Shown piece after piece: positions 18,340 through 28,328 of a stretch of DNA of 64,000 nt. Position 1 is the first letter of the stretch; every line of letters begins with the position of its first letter. The stretch lies in the NCBI RefSeq assembly GCF_026169115.1, contig NZ_JAPFEA010000153.1, positions 4,884 through 68,883 of the forward strand. Reading direction: 5' to 3'. The notes under the pieces are model-generated. The model was given only the letters and a program-made list of their open reading frames with translations, had not been told where the DNA came from and ran no database searches. The DNA is from Intestinimonas sp. (GTDB lineage Bacteria; Bacillota; Clostridia; Oscillospirales; Oscillospiraceae). Both the position numbers and the translations under genes were made by a program.

Positions 18340-21027
18340 TCAGCGCAGAACAGCGCCCAGCTCCTTCTCCAAGGTCTCCAGAATGCTCTTTACATCCTGG
18401 TCAGCCTCCTCGGCGGTGAGAGAGCGGTCATCGGCCCGGAGGACCAGGTTGAAGGCCACAGACTTCTTGCCCTCGGCCACGCCCTTGCCGCGGTAGATAT
18501 CGAAGAGGGAGACGTCCTTCAGCAGGCCCTTGGCCCCCTTGCGGATGGACTCCTCCAACTGGCCCACGGTGACCTTCTCCTCGCACACCACGGCGATATC
18601 CCGGGTGACGGCGGGGAACTTGGGCAGGGGGACATACTCCGGGTCGGGACCCTTGGCCAGAGCCAGCTCGTCCAGGCTGAGCTCGGCGCAGTAAAATTCG
18701 GCGTCCACGCCGTAGTTCTGGGCCACCAGGGGGTGGACCTGGCCGAACACGCCGATGCAGTCGCTGCCGGCCCACACCGCGGCGCAGCGGCCAGGGTGGT
18801 AGGAGGGATTGTCCGTGCAGGGCTCGAAGCGGACGTCCGCCGCCCGCAGGTCCTTGAGAATGGCCTCGATGACGCCCTTCATGGCGTAGAAGTCCATGTC
18901 GCTGCCGTAAGCGCCCAGGGTGAGGACCTTGGACTCGTTGGCCAGGCCGTCCTCTCCGCCGGGGAGATAGATCCGGCCCACCTCGTAGAGCTTCACGTTC
19001 TGGTTGCGGTAGTTGTAGTTGCGGGTGAGGATCTCCAGCATGGAGGGGAGGGTGGTGGTGCGCATGATGGAGGTGTCCTCCCCCAGGGGGTTGAGGATCT
19101 TGAAGCTCTTGCGGGCAAAGTAGTCCTGGGGCCAGCGGATCTTGTCGTAGGCGGTGGGGGAGATGAAGGAGTAGGTGATGATCTCGTCATGGCCCATGGC
19201 CCGGCACATGGAGTCCAGCTGGCGCTCCAGCTTCTCCTCCTCGGAGTAGCCGCCCAGGGTGGTCTGTCCCCGCATGAGGGTGGTGGGGATGTTGTTGTAG
19301 CCGTGGAAACGGGCCACTTCCTCCGCCAGATCGGCCATGCCGATCACATCGCCGCGCCAGGAGGGGACGGTGACCTGGTCGCCCTCCACGGTGAAGTCCA
19401 GCTTTTTCAGGATGCGGACCATCTCGTCGGCGGCGATGTCGGTGCCCAGCAGGCCGTTGATGCGGTTGGGTTCCAGCTTAAGGACCCTGGGCTGGGGCAC
19501 ATAATTGAGGATGTCGATGACGCCGGGCAGGACCTGACCGGCGCCCAGCAGCTCCACCAGCTCGCAGGCGCGGTCCACGGCGGGGAGCGTGTTCATGGGG
19601 TCCAGGCCCTTTTCAAACTTGGCGCTGGCCTCGGTGCGCATGCCCAGGGCCAGAGCACCCTTGCGGATGCAGGTGCCGTCAAAGCAGGCGGACTCAAAGA
19701 CCACGTCGGCGGTGTCGGAGACGATCTCGGAGTTTTCGCCGCCCATGATGCCGGCCAGACCCACGGCCCGGTGCTCGTCGGCGATGACCAGATGGTTGGC
19801 GCTGAGCGTATGCTCCTTGCCGTCCAGCGTGGTGAGCTTCTCGCCCTCCTCCGCCCGGCGGACAATGATCTTTCCGCCCTTTACATAGCGGTAGTCAAAG
19901 GCGTGCATGGGCTGGCCGTATTCCAGCATGACATAGTTGGTGATGTCCACGATGTTGTTGATGGGGCGCACCCCCATGGCCCGCAGCCGCTCCCGCATCC
20001 ACTTGGGGGAGGGGCCGATCTTCACGTTCCGGACCATCCGGGCGGTGTACCGGGGGCACAGGTCGGCGGCGGGGGTCTCCACATCCAGCAGCTCCACCAG
20101 GGAGCCCTCGCCCTCGGCGCTCACCACCGGCTGGTGGAGGGAGAGGGGGGCGTCATAGGTGGCGGCCACCTCTCGGGCCAGACCGATGACGGACAGACAG
20201 TCGGGGCGGTTGGGGGTGATCTCGAACTCCACCACATGGTCGTCCAGGCCAATGACGGGCTTGATGTCGTCGCCGGGCTGGCAGTCCTCGTGGAGGATGA
20301 AGATGCCGTCGGGGATGCAGTGGGGGAACTCCTTCTGCTCGGCGTGTAGGTCAGAGAGGGTGCAGATGGCGTTTGTTTTGGTGTTGTAGGCCACCAGATC
20401 GCCGGCGTGGAGATTGGGACAGGTGGTGGAGACGGCGGCGGAGCCGTCGCCGGTATCCAGAGCCACCTCATAGGTGGAGTAGCCGGTGGCCGTGACCGCA
20501 GTCACCTTGGCACAGACCACGGGTCCATAGACCTTGTCTCCGGGCTGGATATCGGCAGAAATGGAGGGCTTGTCCTTGTCCAGGGGTTTGTAGTCCCCCA
20601 GGATGGCGGCGGGGACGATCTCGGCGTAGGGGAAGTCCCGGGTGTCCAGGCCCAGCTCGGAGAGACCGCAGAACATGCCGTTGGAGACCACGCCGCGGAG
20701 CTTGCCCTTGGTGATCTTCACGCCGCCGGGCAGGGTGGATTTGTGGAGGGCCACCGGCATCAGGTCGCCGGGATGGATGTTCCAGGCGCCGGTGACGATC
20801 TGGATGGGCTCGTCCTGGGCCACGTCCACCTGGCAGACCCACATGTGGTCGGAATCGGGATGACGCTCCATGGACAGCAGGCGGCCTACCACCACGTTGG
20901 AGATCTCCTCGCCCAGGTCGTGGGTCAGCTCCACCTTGGAGCCGGAGAGGGTCATGGCTTCGGCAAAGTCTTTATCATTGGCCTCCGCAGTGACAAACTC
21001 GCGGAGCCATTTGCGAGATAGATTCAT
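18340..21027 (-). CDS. pheT: Phenylalanyl-tRNA synthetase beta subunit (895 aa, with an insertion of about 100 aa)
   Basis: EITPNRPDCLS, PINNIVDITNY, EEVARFHGY and KFPAVTRDIA; follows pheS. Confidence 0.96.
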   Translation of the reverse strand: MNLSRKWLREFVTAEANDKDFAEAMTLSGSKVELTHDLGEEISNVVVGRLLSMERHPDSDHMWVCQVDVAQDEPIQIVTGAWNIHPGDLMPVALHKSTLPGGVKITKGKLRGVVSNGMFCGLSELGLDTRDFPYAEIVPAAILGDYKPLDKDKPSISADIQPGDKVYGPVVCAKVTAVTATGYSTYEVALDTGDGSAAVSTTCPNLHAGDLVAYNTKTNAICTLSDLHAEQKEFPHCIPDGIFILHEDCQPGDDIKPVIGLDDHVVEFEITPNRPDCLSVIGLAREVAATYDAPLSLHQPVVSAEGEGSLVELLDVETPAADLCPRYTARMVRNVKIGPSPKWMRERLRAMGVRPINNIVDITNYVMLEYGQPMHAFDYRYVKGGKIIVRRAEEGEKLTTLDGKEHTLSANHLVIADEHRAVGLAGIMGGENSEIVSDTADVVFESACFDGTCIRKGALALGMRTEASAKFEKGLDPMNTLPAVDRACELVELLGAGQVLPGVIDILNYVPQPRVLKLEPNRINGLLGTDIAADEMVRILKKLDFTVEGDQVTVPSWRGDVIGMADLAEEVARFHGYNNIPTTLMRGQTTLGGYSEEEKLERQLDSMCRAMGHDEIITYSFISPTAYDKIRWPQDYFARKSFKILNPLGEDTSIMRTTTLPSMLEILTRNYNYRNQNVKLYEVGRIYLPGGEDGLANESKVLTLGAYGSDMDFYAMKGVIEAILKDLRAADVRFEPCTDNPSYHPGRCAAVWAGSDCIGVFGQVHPLVAQNYGVDAEFYCAELSLDELALAKGPDPEYVPLPKFPAVTRDIAVVCEEKVTVGQLEESIRKGAKGLLKDVSLFDIYRGKGVAEGKKSVAFNLVLRADDRSLTAEEADQDVKSILETLEKELGAVLR

Positions 21028-21099
21028 ATTATAAAACTCCCTTACATCAGGCTTTGTGGGGGCGCATATCCTGCGCCCTGAGGTTTTGAGACCGACGCC

Positions 21100-22125
21100 T
21101 CAGAATTGCTCCAGGAAACGCACGTCGTTTTCAAAGATAAGCCGCAGGTCGGCGATTTTGAAGCGGCGCATGGCGGTGCGCTCCAGACCGATGCCGAAGG
21201 CCCAGCCGGAGTAGACATTGGTGTCGATGCCGGCCATCTCCAGCACACGGGGGTGGATCATCCCGGCGCCCAGCAGCTCGATCCAGCCCTCGCCCTTGCA
21301 GGTGGGGCAGCCCACGCCGCCGCACTTGTGGCATTGGACGTCCATCTCGCAGGAGGGCTCGGTGAAGGGGAAGTGGTGGGGGCGGAAGCGGGTCTTGGTC
21401 CCCTTGCCGTAGAGCTTCTCCACCACGGTGTTGAGGGTGCCCTTCAGGTCGGCCATGGTGACACCCTTGTCAATGACCATGCCCTCCACCTGATGGAACA
21501 TGGGGGAGTGGGTGGCGTCCACCTCGTCCTTGCGGTAGACCCGGCCGGGGGCGATGATGCGGATGGGCAGCTCCATGGTGTCCATGGCCCGGACCTGCAT
21601 GGGGGAGGTCTGGGAGCGGAGCATCACACGGGAGTCCTCATCAAAGTAGAAGGTATCGCTCCAATCCCGGGAGGGGTGCCCCTCCTCTGCGTTGAGCCGG
21701 TCAAAGTTGAGCTCGGCCAGCTCCACCTCGGGGCCGTCCAGCACAGTAAAGCCCATGCCGATGAAGATCTCCTTGATCTCGTCCAGGGCGATATACATGG
21801 GGTGGCGGTGGCCTTCCCGGTAGGGCGTTCCGGGGATGGTCACGTCCAGGGCCTCGGCGGCCAGACGGTCCTCCAGGGCCTTGGTCTTCAGCTCGCTGCC
21901 CCGGCGCTCCAGGGCCTCCTCCAGGGCGGAGCGGACCTCGTTGGCCAGCTGACCCATGGCGGGGCGCTCCTCGGCGGTGAGCTTGCCCATCTGCTTCAAT
22001 ACGGCGGTGAGTTCGCCCTTCTTGCCCAGGTACTGGACACGAAGCGCGTCCAGGGCGGCGGAATCGTTGGCGGCGTCGAAGGCAGCCAGGGCCGTCGCAC
22101 GGATGTTTGCTAACTGTTCTTTCAT
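21100..22125 (-). CDS. pheS: Phenylalanyl-tRNA synthetase alpha subunit
   Basis: LRSQTSPMQ, DATHSPMFHQVEG, FPFTEPS and GWAFGIGLER. Confidence 0.97.
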   Translation of the reverse strand: MKEQLANIRATALAAFDAANDSAALDALRVQYLGKKGELTAVLKQMGKLTAEERPAMGQLANEVRSALEEALERRGSELKTKALEDRLAAEALDVTIPGTPYREGHRHPMYIALDEIKEIFIGMGFTVLDGPEVELAELNFDRLNAEEGHPSRDWSDTFYFDEDSRVMLRSQTSPMQVRAMDTMELPIRIIAPGRVYRKDEVDATHSPMFHQVEGMVIDKGVTMADLKGTLNTVVEKLYGKGTKTRFRPHHFPFTEPSCEMDVQCHKCGGVGCPTCKGEGWIELLGAGMIHPRVLEMAGIDTNVYSGWAFGIGLERTAMRRFKIADLRLIFENDVRFLEQF

Positions 22126-22140
22126 GATGATAACTCCTTT

Positions 22141-23033
22141 TTACCCCTCCGGCAGATAGCAGGCGGGGCTGTTTGTGGTATTGATGTTATAGCGGGGCAG
22201 CGCATAAAAGCCCTCGCTGAGCGAAGCCGGCACCACCTGGGTGGTTACGGTGACGGAAAAGTGTGTGCGGAGAAATTCATCTGCCCAGGGCTCGGTTTTT
22301 CCGTGTGGGTAGGCAAAGAAGAGGACCTCCTGTCCCAATTCCTTTTGTATGGTATCTACGCTCTGCTGGAGGCCTGGAAGGACCCGGCTGTTATAATCCT
22401 CCTGCGTCTCTCCCGGGCGGCGCTGAATGCCGTAGGTGTGATACGTCTCATCATAGCGGTGAAGGTCAAAGGTGTGAGACCCAAACTCCACCAAACCGGA
22501 GTCGACCATCTCTCTGCACATATCCCAGGAGAGAAAGCCGGGGTCCCCGCTTTCCTGGCCGGATACGATGAGGGAGATGACCGCCTTGGCCTCCAGCTCC
22601 TGGAGTATGGGGAATGCAGTATGGTAGCAGCTGGCGTAACCGTCGTCAATGGTGACCATTATGCCTTTGTCCGGGAGCGTCGCTCCATAGACCAGATCCT
22701 GCGGCAGGAGAAAGGTGTAGCCATTGTCACGGAGCCATTGGAGATCAGAACGGAATCGCTCTGCCGTCGTGGTCACATCGTTGCAGGATTCGGGGTTTTC
22801 CACGAAGTGATGATACATGAGAATGTAGATCGAGCCAGAATGTGAATTATAGGAAAATTTAGGCGAATTTACCACGGGGGGAGGGTAGACACTTCGAGTT
22901 CCGGCTCTGCGGATGACTGGGAGGGAAGCGGGGACTGGGCGGTGGGGAGCTGATGGGTACAGCCGCCGCAGAGAAGCCCGAGGGTGAGAAAGAGAGAACA
23001 GCCGGCCCGAATGGGGGTGTCCATCAAACGCAT
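22141..23033 (-). pseudogene. Polysaccharide deacetylase (CE4, IcaB/PgaB-like) lipoprotein, frameshifted at a C6 run
   Basis: The N-terminal frame (RBS, lipobox-like LLCGGC, Ser/Pro linker) stops at 22869-22871. The catalytic frame (ILMYHH, TIDDGY, SHTFDLH, FAYPHG, LPRY) continues to 22141. One extra C in the run at 22876-22881 joins them into about 297 aa. Confidence 0.8.
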
Positions 23034-23063
23034 CACAGAAACCTCCTTTTTCATTGTTATGAT

Positions 23064-23298
23064 AAACAAAAAAGCCCTCCGTCCCAACACTCTGGGACGA
23101 AAGGCAAACCTTCCGCGGTACCACCCGCAATTCCCGCGCACAGGCGCGGGCACTCTCGGCCCCGATAACGTGGGGCCACGCCGTCCCTGTCTCCAGGGCC
23201 GCTCCGGGGCGAACCAAGCGCGGCGTCCGCAGTCTGGCTTTCAGCCGGTGACCAGACCTCTCTTGGCGGCGAGTACGCACTATTTTCCCCTTCTACAC
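23064..23298 (-). ncRNA. T-box riboswitch, Phe (TTC) specifier
   Basis: On the minus strand: AGAGA and GCTGAAAG stem I motifs, specifier TTC (23211-23213), T-box GGTGGTACCGCG (23114-23125), terminator GCCTTTCGTCCCA...TGGGACGGAGGGC-T6. Confidence 0.92.
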
Positions 23299-23348
23299 AT
23301 TTACAAATGTACTTTATATCACATCAGAGAGAAAAATGCAAGATAAAA

Positions 23349-23377
23349 TTGACGGGAGAGCATCCAAGGACTATAAT
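23349..23377 (+). promoter_or_regulatory. SigA promoter of the MATE-nnr-alr region
   Basis: TTGACG, 17 bp, TATAAT. Confidence 0.8.
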
Positions 23378-23415
23378 GGGGGGCAGTTCAGCACCCAAAA
23401 GAAGGTGGTGGAGGT

Positions 23416-24798
23416 ATGAAGCAGGATCGGCGGACGCTGCTGCTCTACGAGCCCAACCTGTATAAGGCGTTCCTCACGCTGGCGCTGCCAGTCTTCGGGG
23501 CCAATTTCATGAAGGCGTTCAATGAGCTGGTGGATACCTTTTTTATCGGCCAGACCGCCAACTCTGTGGCGGCCCAGGCGGGGGTCTCCCTCTCCTGGCC
23601 CCTCATCAATATTTTTGCCTCTTTTCAGGTAGGCTTTGGTGTGGCCGGTGTGGCGGTGGTGAGCCAGCTGCTGGGAGCGGGGCGTAAGGAGGAGGCCAGG
23701 GAAAACGCCGGTGTCCTTCTGATGGTGGCGGTCCTTTTCGGCGTGGTACTCAATGTGCTCCTCTACCTGAGCGCGCCATGGGTCATGGCGATCACCGGCG
23801 CGTCCGGCGATGTCCTGCATTGCAGCGTCTCCTATCTGCGGGTGCGCTCCTTTGAGCTGGTATTTACCTTTGTTTTTGCAGCGTTTCAGGCGGTGCGCCA
23901 GGCACAGGGGGATACGGTGACGCCGGTGACACTTTCGGTGAGCGCCGTGGTGCTCAATATCGTGCTTACCGCTGTTTTTGTCCAGGGTATGGGATTGGGG
24001 GTCTTCGGCGCTGGTCTGGCCACGGTGCTGGGCAATGTAGCGGTGGCGCCGGTGTGCCTGTATCTTCTCTTTGCCAGGCGGCAGCCGCTCTGCCTGGAGC
24101 TGGGACGCATCACCCTGTCGTGGCCCATCCTCTGCCGCCTGACCAGAATTGCCGCTCCGGCAGCCTTCAGCCAGGCGCTGAGCTCTCTGGGCTTTCTGGT
24201 ACTCCAAGCGGTTATCCTCAGCTACGGCGAGGCAGTGACGGCAGCCTTCAGCATCGGCAATAAGATCTCCAATATCCTGCTCATGCCAGTACTGGCGCTG
24301 GGGTCGGTGCTGGCGGCCTATGTGGGACAGAACATCGGCGCCGGCAACGGTGACCGGGCCAGGCAGGCATATCGGGTGAGTCGGAACATCGGCCTGGCCA
24401 TCGCTGTGGCGGGCAGCTTGCTCCTGCTGCCCTTCCGAGAGGAGCTGGTGGCCCTCCTCAGCAATGACAGCGCCACCCAAACTGCTGCGGTGGAGTATAT
24501 GTTCTGGGTCCTCCTGACCCAGCCGCTCATGTCTCTGTTTCAGAACTATCTGGGGGTGTTCAACGGGTCTGGAAGGACCATCTATGCCTTCTGGATGTCT
24601 ACCGCGCGGCTGTGGCTGGTCCGCCTGCCGCTCATTACGCTCTTCAAACAGTTCACCGAGGTGGGCAGCGCCGGCGTCTGGTATGCCATGGTGCTGAGCA
24701 ACTTTATCATCCTGTTCCTGGGCGCTTTTCTGTACCGCAGGGTAGACTTTACCCCCCTCCGTATGGAGATAGAGGGGCAGGGACAGCAAACGATTTAG
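23416..24798 (+). CDS. MATE family efflux transporter
   Basis: About 12 TM; LVDTFFIGQ, VSQLLGAG, QGDTVTP and VGQNIGAG. Confidence 0.92.
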   Translation: MKQDRRTLLLYEPNLYKAFLTLALPVFGANFMKAFNELVDTFFIGQTANSVAAQAGVSLSWPLINIFASFQVGFGVAGVAVVSQLLGAGRKEEARENAGVLLMVAVLFGVVLNVLLYLSAPWVMAITGASGDVLHCSVSYLRVRSFELVFTFVFAAFQAVRQAQGDTVTPVTLSVSAVVLNIVLTAVFVQGMGLGVFGAGLATVLGNVAVAPVCLYLLFARRQPLCLELGRITLSWPILCRLTRIAAPAAFSQALSSLGFLVLQAVILSYGEAVTAAFSIGNKISNILLMPVLALGSVLAAYVGQNIGAGNGDRARQAYRVSRNIGLAIAVAGSLLLLPFREELVALLSNDSATQTAAVEYMFWVLLTQPLMSLFQNYLGVFNGSGRTIYAFWMSTARLWLVRLPLITLFKQFTEVGSAGVWYAMVLSNFIILFLGAFLYRRVDFTPLRMEIEGQGQQTI

Positions 24799-24811
24799 GA
24801 GGAATGGACCC

Positions 24812-26350
24812 ATGAAGATCGCCACTGCGGAACAAATGCGGGCCCTGGACCGGGCTGCCATCCAGGACCGGGGCATTCCGTCCCTTCTCTTGATGGAGCG
24901 CGCGGCCTCGGCGGTGGCAGAACGCTGTCTGGAGCGGCTGGAGGAGACCGGGCGTGGGAGGGCGGCTATCTTCTGCGGCGCCGGAAACAACGGAGGCGAC
25001 GGTGTAGCCGCCGCCCGGCTGTTGCTGGAGGCGGGCGTGGAGATCCGTTGCTTTCTGGTGGGCCGCCGGGAGAAGATGACGCCCGACTGCCGGGAGATGG
25101 AACGTCGTTTGGAGGCAGTGGGTGGAAAGCTAGAAGACTTTACAGTAGATCCGGACTTTGCTGCCTGGTGTCTGGACTGCGATCTGATGGTGGACGCCCT
25201 TTTTGGCATCGGGCTCAACACCGAGCTGCGGGGAGACGCCTATACCGCCGTGCAGATGATGAATACCTGTTCCGTCCCTGTGGTCGCGGTGGACATCGCC
25301 AGCGGCGTAGAGGCCGACACTGGTCGAGTCCTGGGCTGTGCGGTGGAGGCGGAGGAGACCGTGACCTTTACCCTGCCCAAGGCGGGCCATCTGCTGGGGG
25401 AGGGGGGCGTCCTGTCTGGACGGCTCACTGTGGCCGACATCGGCATTCCAGCAGACCTGGTGCGCAGGGTGGAAAGCGATCTCCACGCCGTGTTCCCATG
25501 GGAGCTCCATCTGCCCCGGCGTCCCAGGGATTCCCACAAGGGGAACTATGGTAAAGTATATATCCTTGCTGGCAGTGTGGGGTACAGCGGCGCTCCGGTG
25601 CTGGCCGCCCGGGCGGCGGTGCGGACGGGCTCCGGTCTGGTCACACTGGGGGTCCCGGCTCCGGTGTGGCCCGTGGCGGCTCAGAAGCTGGATGAGGCCA
25701 TGCCACACCCCCTTCCGTCCTCTAAGGACGGCATGCTCTCTCTGGAGGCGGCGGAGGAGGTCCTGCGGCGGCTGGAGCTCTGCGGGGTCTGCCTGGTCGG
25801 CCCGGGACTGGGGCGGAGCAACAGCGTAAGCTCGGTGGTTAGGCATGTGCTGCGCACAGCCCATCTCCCCATGGTGGTGGACGCCGACGGCATAAATGCC
25901 CTGGCCGGGCATATAGATGGACTGGACGCCCGCCGTGGCGCGTGTACGGTGCTCACGCCTCACGACGGAGAATTTGCCCGGCTGGGCGGGGACCTCTCCG
26001 CCGGGGACCGGCTCTTGGCCGCACGGACCTTTGCCGCTGAACACGGATGCGTGCTGGTGCTCAAGGGTCACCGGACCATCACGGCTTTCCCGGACGGTGA
26101 TGCCTATGTGAACACCACCGGAAATCCCGGCATGGCCAAGGGAGGGAGCGGCGATGTTCTCAGCGGAATCATCCTCTCTCTGTTAGGCCAGGGACTCCCA
26201 CCCCGGACGGCGGTTCCGATGGCGGTCTGCCTGCACGGCATGGCGGGGGACCGGTGCGCCGAGACCCTTGGAGAATACGGCATGACCCCGGGGGATATGA
26301 TCGACTGCCTTCCCGCTGTGCTCAAGGAGATCGCCGGGCAGCAGAGCTGA
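24812..26350 (+). CDS. nnr: Bifunctional NAD(P)H-hydrate epimerase/dehydratase
   Basis: LMERAA, GNNGGDG, DALFGIG, HKGNYG, GPGLG, TPHDGEF and MAKGGSGDVLSG. Confidence 0.95.
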   Translation: MKIATAEQMRALDRAAIQDRGIPSLLLMERAASAVAERCLERLEETGRGRAAIFCGAGNNGGDGVAAARLLLEAGVEIRCFLVGRREKMTPDCREMERRLEAVGGKLEDFTVDPDFAAWCLDCDLMVDALFGIGLNTELRGDAYTAVQMMNTCSVPVVAVDIASGVEADTGRVLGCAVEAEETVTFTLPKAGHLLGEGGVLSGRLTVADIGIPADLVRRVESDLHAVFPWELHLPRRPRDSHKGNYGKVYILAGSVGYSGAPVLAARAAVRTGSGLVTLGVPAPVWPVAAQKLDEAMPHPLPSSKDGMLSLEAAEEVLRRLELCGVCLVGPGLGRSNSVSSVVRHVLRTAHLPMVVDADGINALAGHIDGLDARRGACTVLTPHDGEFARLGGDLSAGDRLLAARTFAAEHGCVLVLKGHRTITAFPDGDAYVNTTGNPGMAKGGSGDVLSGIILSLLGQGLPPRTAVPMAVCLHGMAGDRCAETLGEYGMTPGDMIDCLPAVLKEIAGQQS

Positions 26351-26380
26351 GCACCGAAAATCAGAACAGGAGGCGGAGCT

Positions 26381-27013
26381 GTGCGCAGAACGGCATCCGC
26401 ACTGATGATGACCCTGTGTCTTCTGCTCTCCGGCTGCGGTGGGGGGAGCATGGACAAGGCAGATCAGCTGACCCTGGATCTCCGGGGCGAGTATCTCGGT
26501 CTGGAGCGGGTGACGGCCCAGATGGAGGTGGAGGCGGACTATGGTCGCCGTGTATACGACTATACCATCGCGCTGGACTGGCAGAGGGAGGGCGAAACGA
26601 CCCTTTCCGTGACAGAGCCGGAGGAACTGGCGGGGATCACCGCCCGAATTGCCGAGGGGAAGACCTTTTTGGAGTTTGACGGCGTGAGCCTGGAGACGGG
26701 GCCATTGGATGAGAGTGGGCTTTCCCCTCTGAGCGCCGCCCCTGAGCTGCTCCGTGCGGCGGCAGAGGGCTTTATTGCCGAGAGCGGCTTTGACATTCTG
26801 GGCGAGCAGGAGTGTCTGCGGCTTCTCTGCCGGGACCCGGAGGGGGAGCCGGGGGTGGGGACAGAGCACACCCTCTGGTTTGATCCTTCAACCGGAAATT
26901 TGCTGCGGGGAGAGATCAGCGTAGATGGACAGAGGGTCATTACCTGCGAGGTCAGATCCTTTGTCAAAGAAAAAGCGGGGGAGAGGCAGCCCCAAAATGA
27001 AGGAGAGACATAG
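26381..27013 (+). CDS. Lipoprotein, LolA-like / GerS-like position upstream of alr
   Basis: Lipobox LLSGC. Same position as the lipoprotein gene preceding alr in the conserved Bacillota acpS-alr-ndoA region. Confidence 0.6.
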   Translation: MRRTASALMMTLCLLLSGCGGGSMDKADQLTLDLRGEYLGLERVTAQMEVEADYGRRVYDYTIALDWQREGETTLSVTEPEELAGITARIAEGKTFLEFDGVSLETGPLDESGLSPLSAAPELLRAAAEGFIAESGFDILGEQECLRLLCRDPEGEPGVGTEHTLWFDPSTGNLLRGEISVDGQRVITCEVRSFVKEKAGERQPQNEGET

Positions 27014-27016
27014 ACC

Positions 27017-28132
27017 ATGGAGGGTGCACAAAAGAGGACCTGGGCGGAGGTCGACCTGGGGCGGCTGGCGCGAAATTACCACGCCCTGCGGGACCTGACT
27101 GAGCCGGACTGTAAATTCCTGGGCGTGGTGAAGGCCAATGCCTATGGTCACGGAGCGGTGCCGGTGGCCAGGAAGCTGGAGGAGCTGGGAGCGGACTATC
27201 TGGCGGTGGCCTGCCTGGACGAGGCAGTGGAGCTCCGCACGGCGGGGATCGGCCTTCCGCTCCTGATCCTCGGCGTGACGCCGGTGGAGTACGCGGACGT
27301 TCTGATGGAGTATGAGATCACCCAGACGGTGGGGGATCTGGAGACGGCACAGGCCCTCTCCGCCGCGGGTACAGCGGCGGGCCAAAGGGTCAGGGTCCAC
27401 CTCAAGGTGGATACCGGGATGTCCCGGCTGGGCTTTTTGTGGAGCCAGGGGGCGGAGGAGGACATCCGCCGCGTGTACGCCCTGCCCGGCCTGGACTGTG
27501 AGGGTATCTTCACCCACTTTGCCGATGCGGATGGGGACGAGGCGTATACCATGGCGCAGTTCACCCGGTTCCTGGACCTGCTGGACGCCTTGAAGGAGGA
27601 GGGTGTGACCTTCCCAATTCGCCATTGCGCCGCGAGCGCCGCTGTGTTAAACTATCCGTGTACCCATTTGGATATGATCCGGCCTGGGATCGCCCTCTAC
27701 GGACACTATCCCGCCCCCGGTATGGAGCACACCTGTCCTCTGGAGCCGGTGATGACGCTGAAGACCCGTGTGGCGGCGGTGCGGACCCTGCCTGCCGGTA
27801 CGCCGGTAAGCTACGGCTGCACCCATGTTCTGGGGCGGGACAGCCGGTTGGCTGTGTTGCCCGTGGGCTACGCGGATGGCTACTTCCGGCTGTTTTCCGA
27901 TCAGCTGGCGGTGGAGGTCCGGGGAGGGAAGGCCCCCTTGGTGGGCCGTGTATGTATGGACATGTGCATGGCCGATGTCACGGATCTGATGGAGGTTCAG
28001 CCCGGCGATGAGACGACCCTCTACGGCAACAATGTGCCGGTGGAGGTCGGCGCTGCGCTGGCGGGCACCATTCCATACGAGCTCCTCTGCGACGTCTCCC
28101 CCCGGGTGCCCCGGCTCTACCGGGAGAGCTGA
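27017..28132 (+). CDS. alr: Alanine racemase
   Basis: VVKANAYGHG, KVDTGMSRLG, RPGIALYG, GYADG and GRVCMD. Confidence 0.96.
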   Translation: MEGAQKRTWAEVDLGRLARNYHALRDLTEPDCKFLGVVKANAYGHGAVPVARKLEELGADYLAVACLDEAVELRTAGIGLPLLILGVTPVEYADVLMEYEITQTVGDLETAQALSAAGTAAGQRVRVHLKVDTGMSRLGFLWSQGAEEDIRRVYALPGLDCEGIFTHFADADGDEAYTMAQFTRFLDLLDALKEEGVTFPIRHCAASAAVLNYPCTHLDMIRPGIALYGHYPAPGMEHTCPLEPVMTLKTRVAAVRTLPAGTPVSYGCTHVLGRDSRLAVLPVGYADGYFRLFSDQLAVEVRGGKAPLVGRVCMDMCMADVTDLMEVQPGDETTLYGNNVPVEVGAALAGTIPYELLCDVSPRVPRLYRES

Positions 28133-28328
28133 ACGCAGCTCCTCTGTTTGGCATATGCTGAAGGGGGAGGATCCGCCGGGCAGGCGGCGGGATGGCCCGC
28201 CGCGCCCCGATTTTAGAGACCTGGCGTATAATTCCCGCCGCCCCGTGGGAGAATCATAGTGTCGGCGTTACATAGGGCTTTGGCCTTGGTGACGCTGGGC
28301 ACTATCTTCCAGCGGAGTGTGAGCATAC

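Noticed and set aside
18310-20349. Long antisense ORFs, e.g. 679 aa opposite pheT, 803 aa opposite ftsK, 836 aa opposite pflB, 616 aa opposite MATE
   Set aside because: These are typical stop-poor shadows of GC3-rich genes, with no RBS or recognisable domains.
23034-23280. 379-aa ORF start running through the Phe T-box
   Set aside because: The upstream part is riboswitch sequence. The real N-terminus is in another frame starting at 23033.
28155-28259. 34-codon ORF upstream of mazF as a possible antitoxin
   Set aside because: No RBS, Pro/Arg/Gly-rich, and no RHH or AbrB character.
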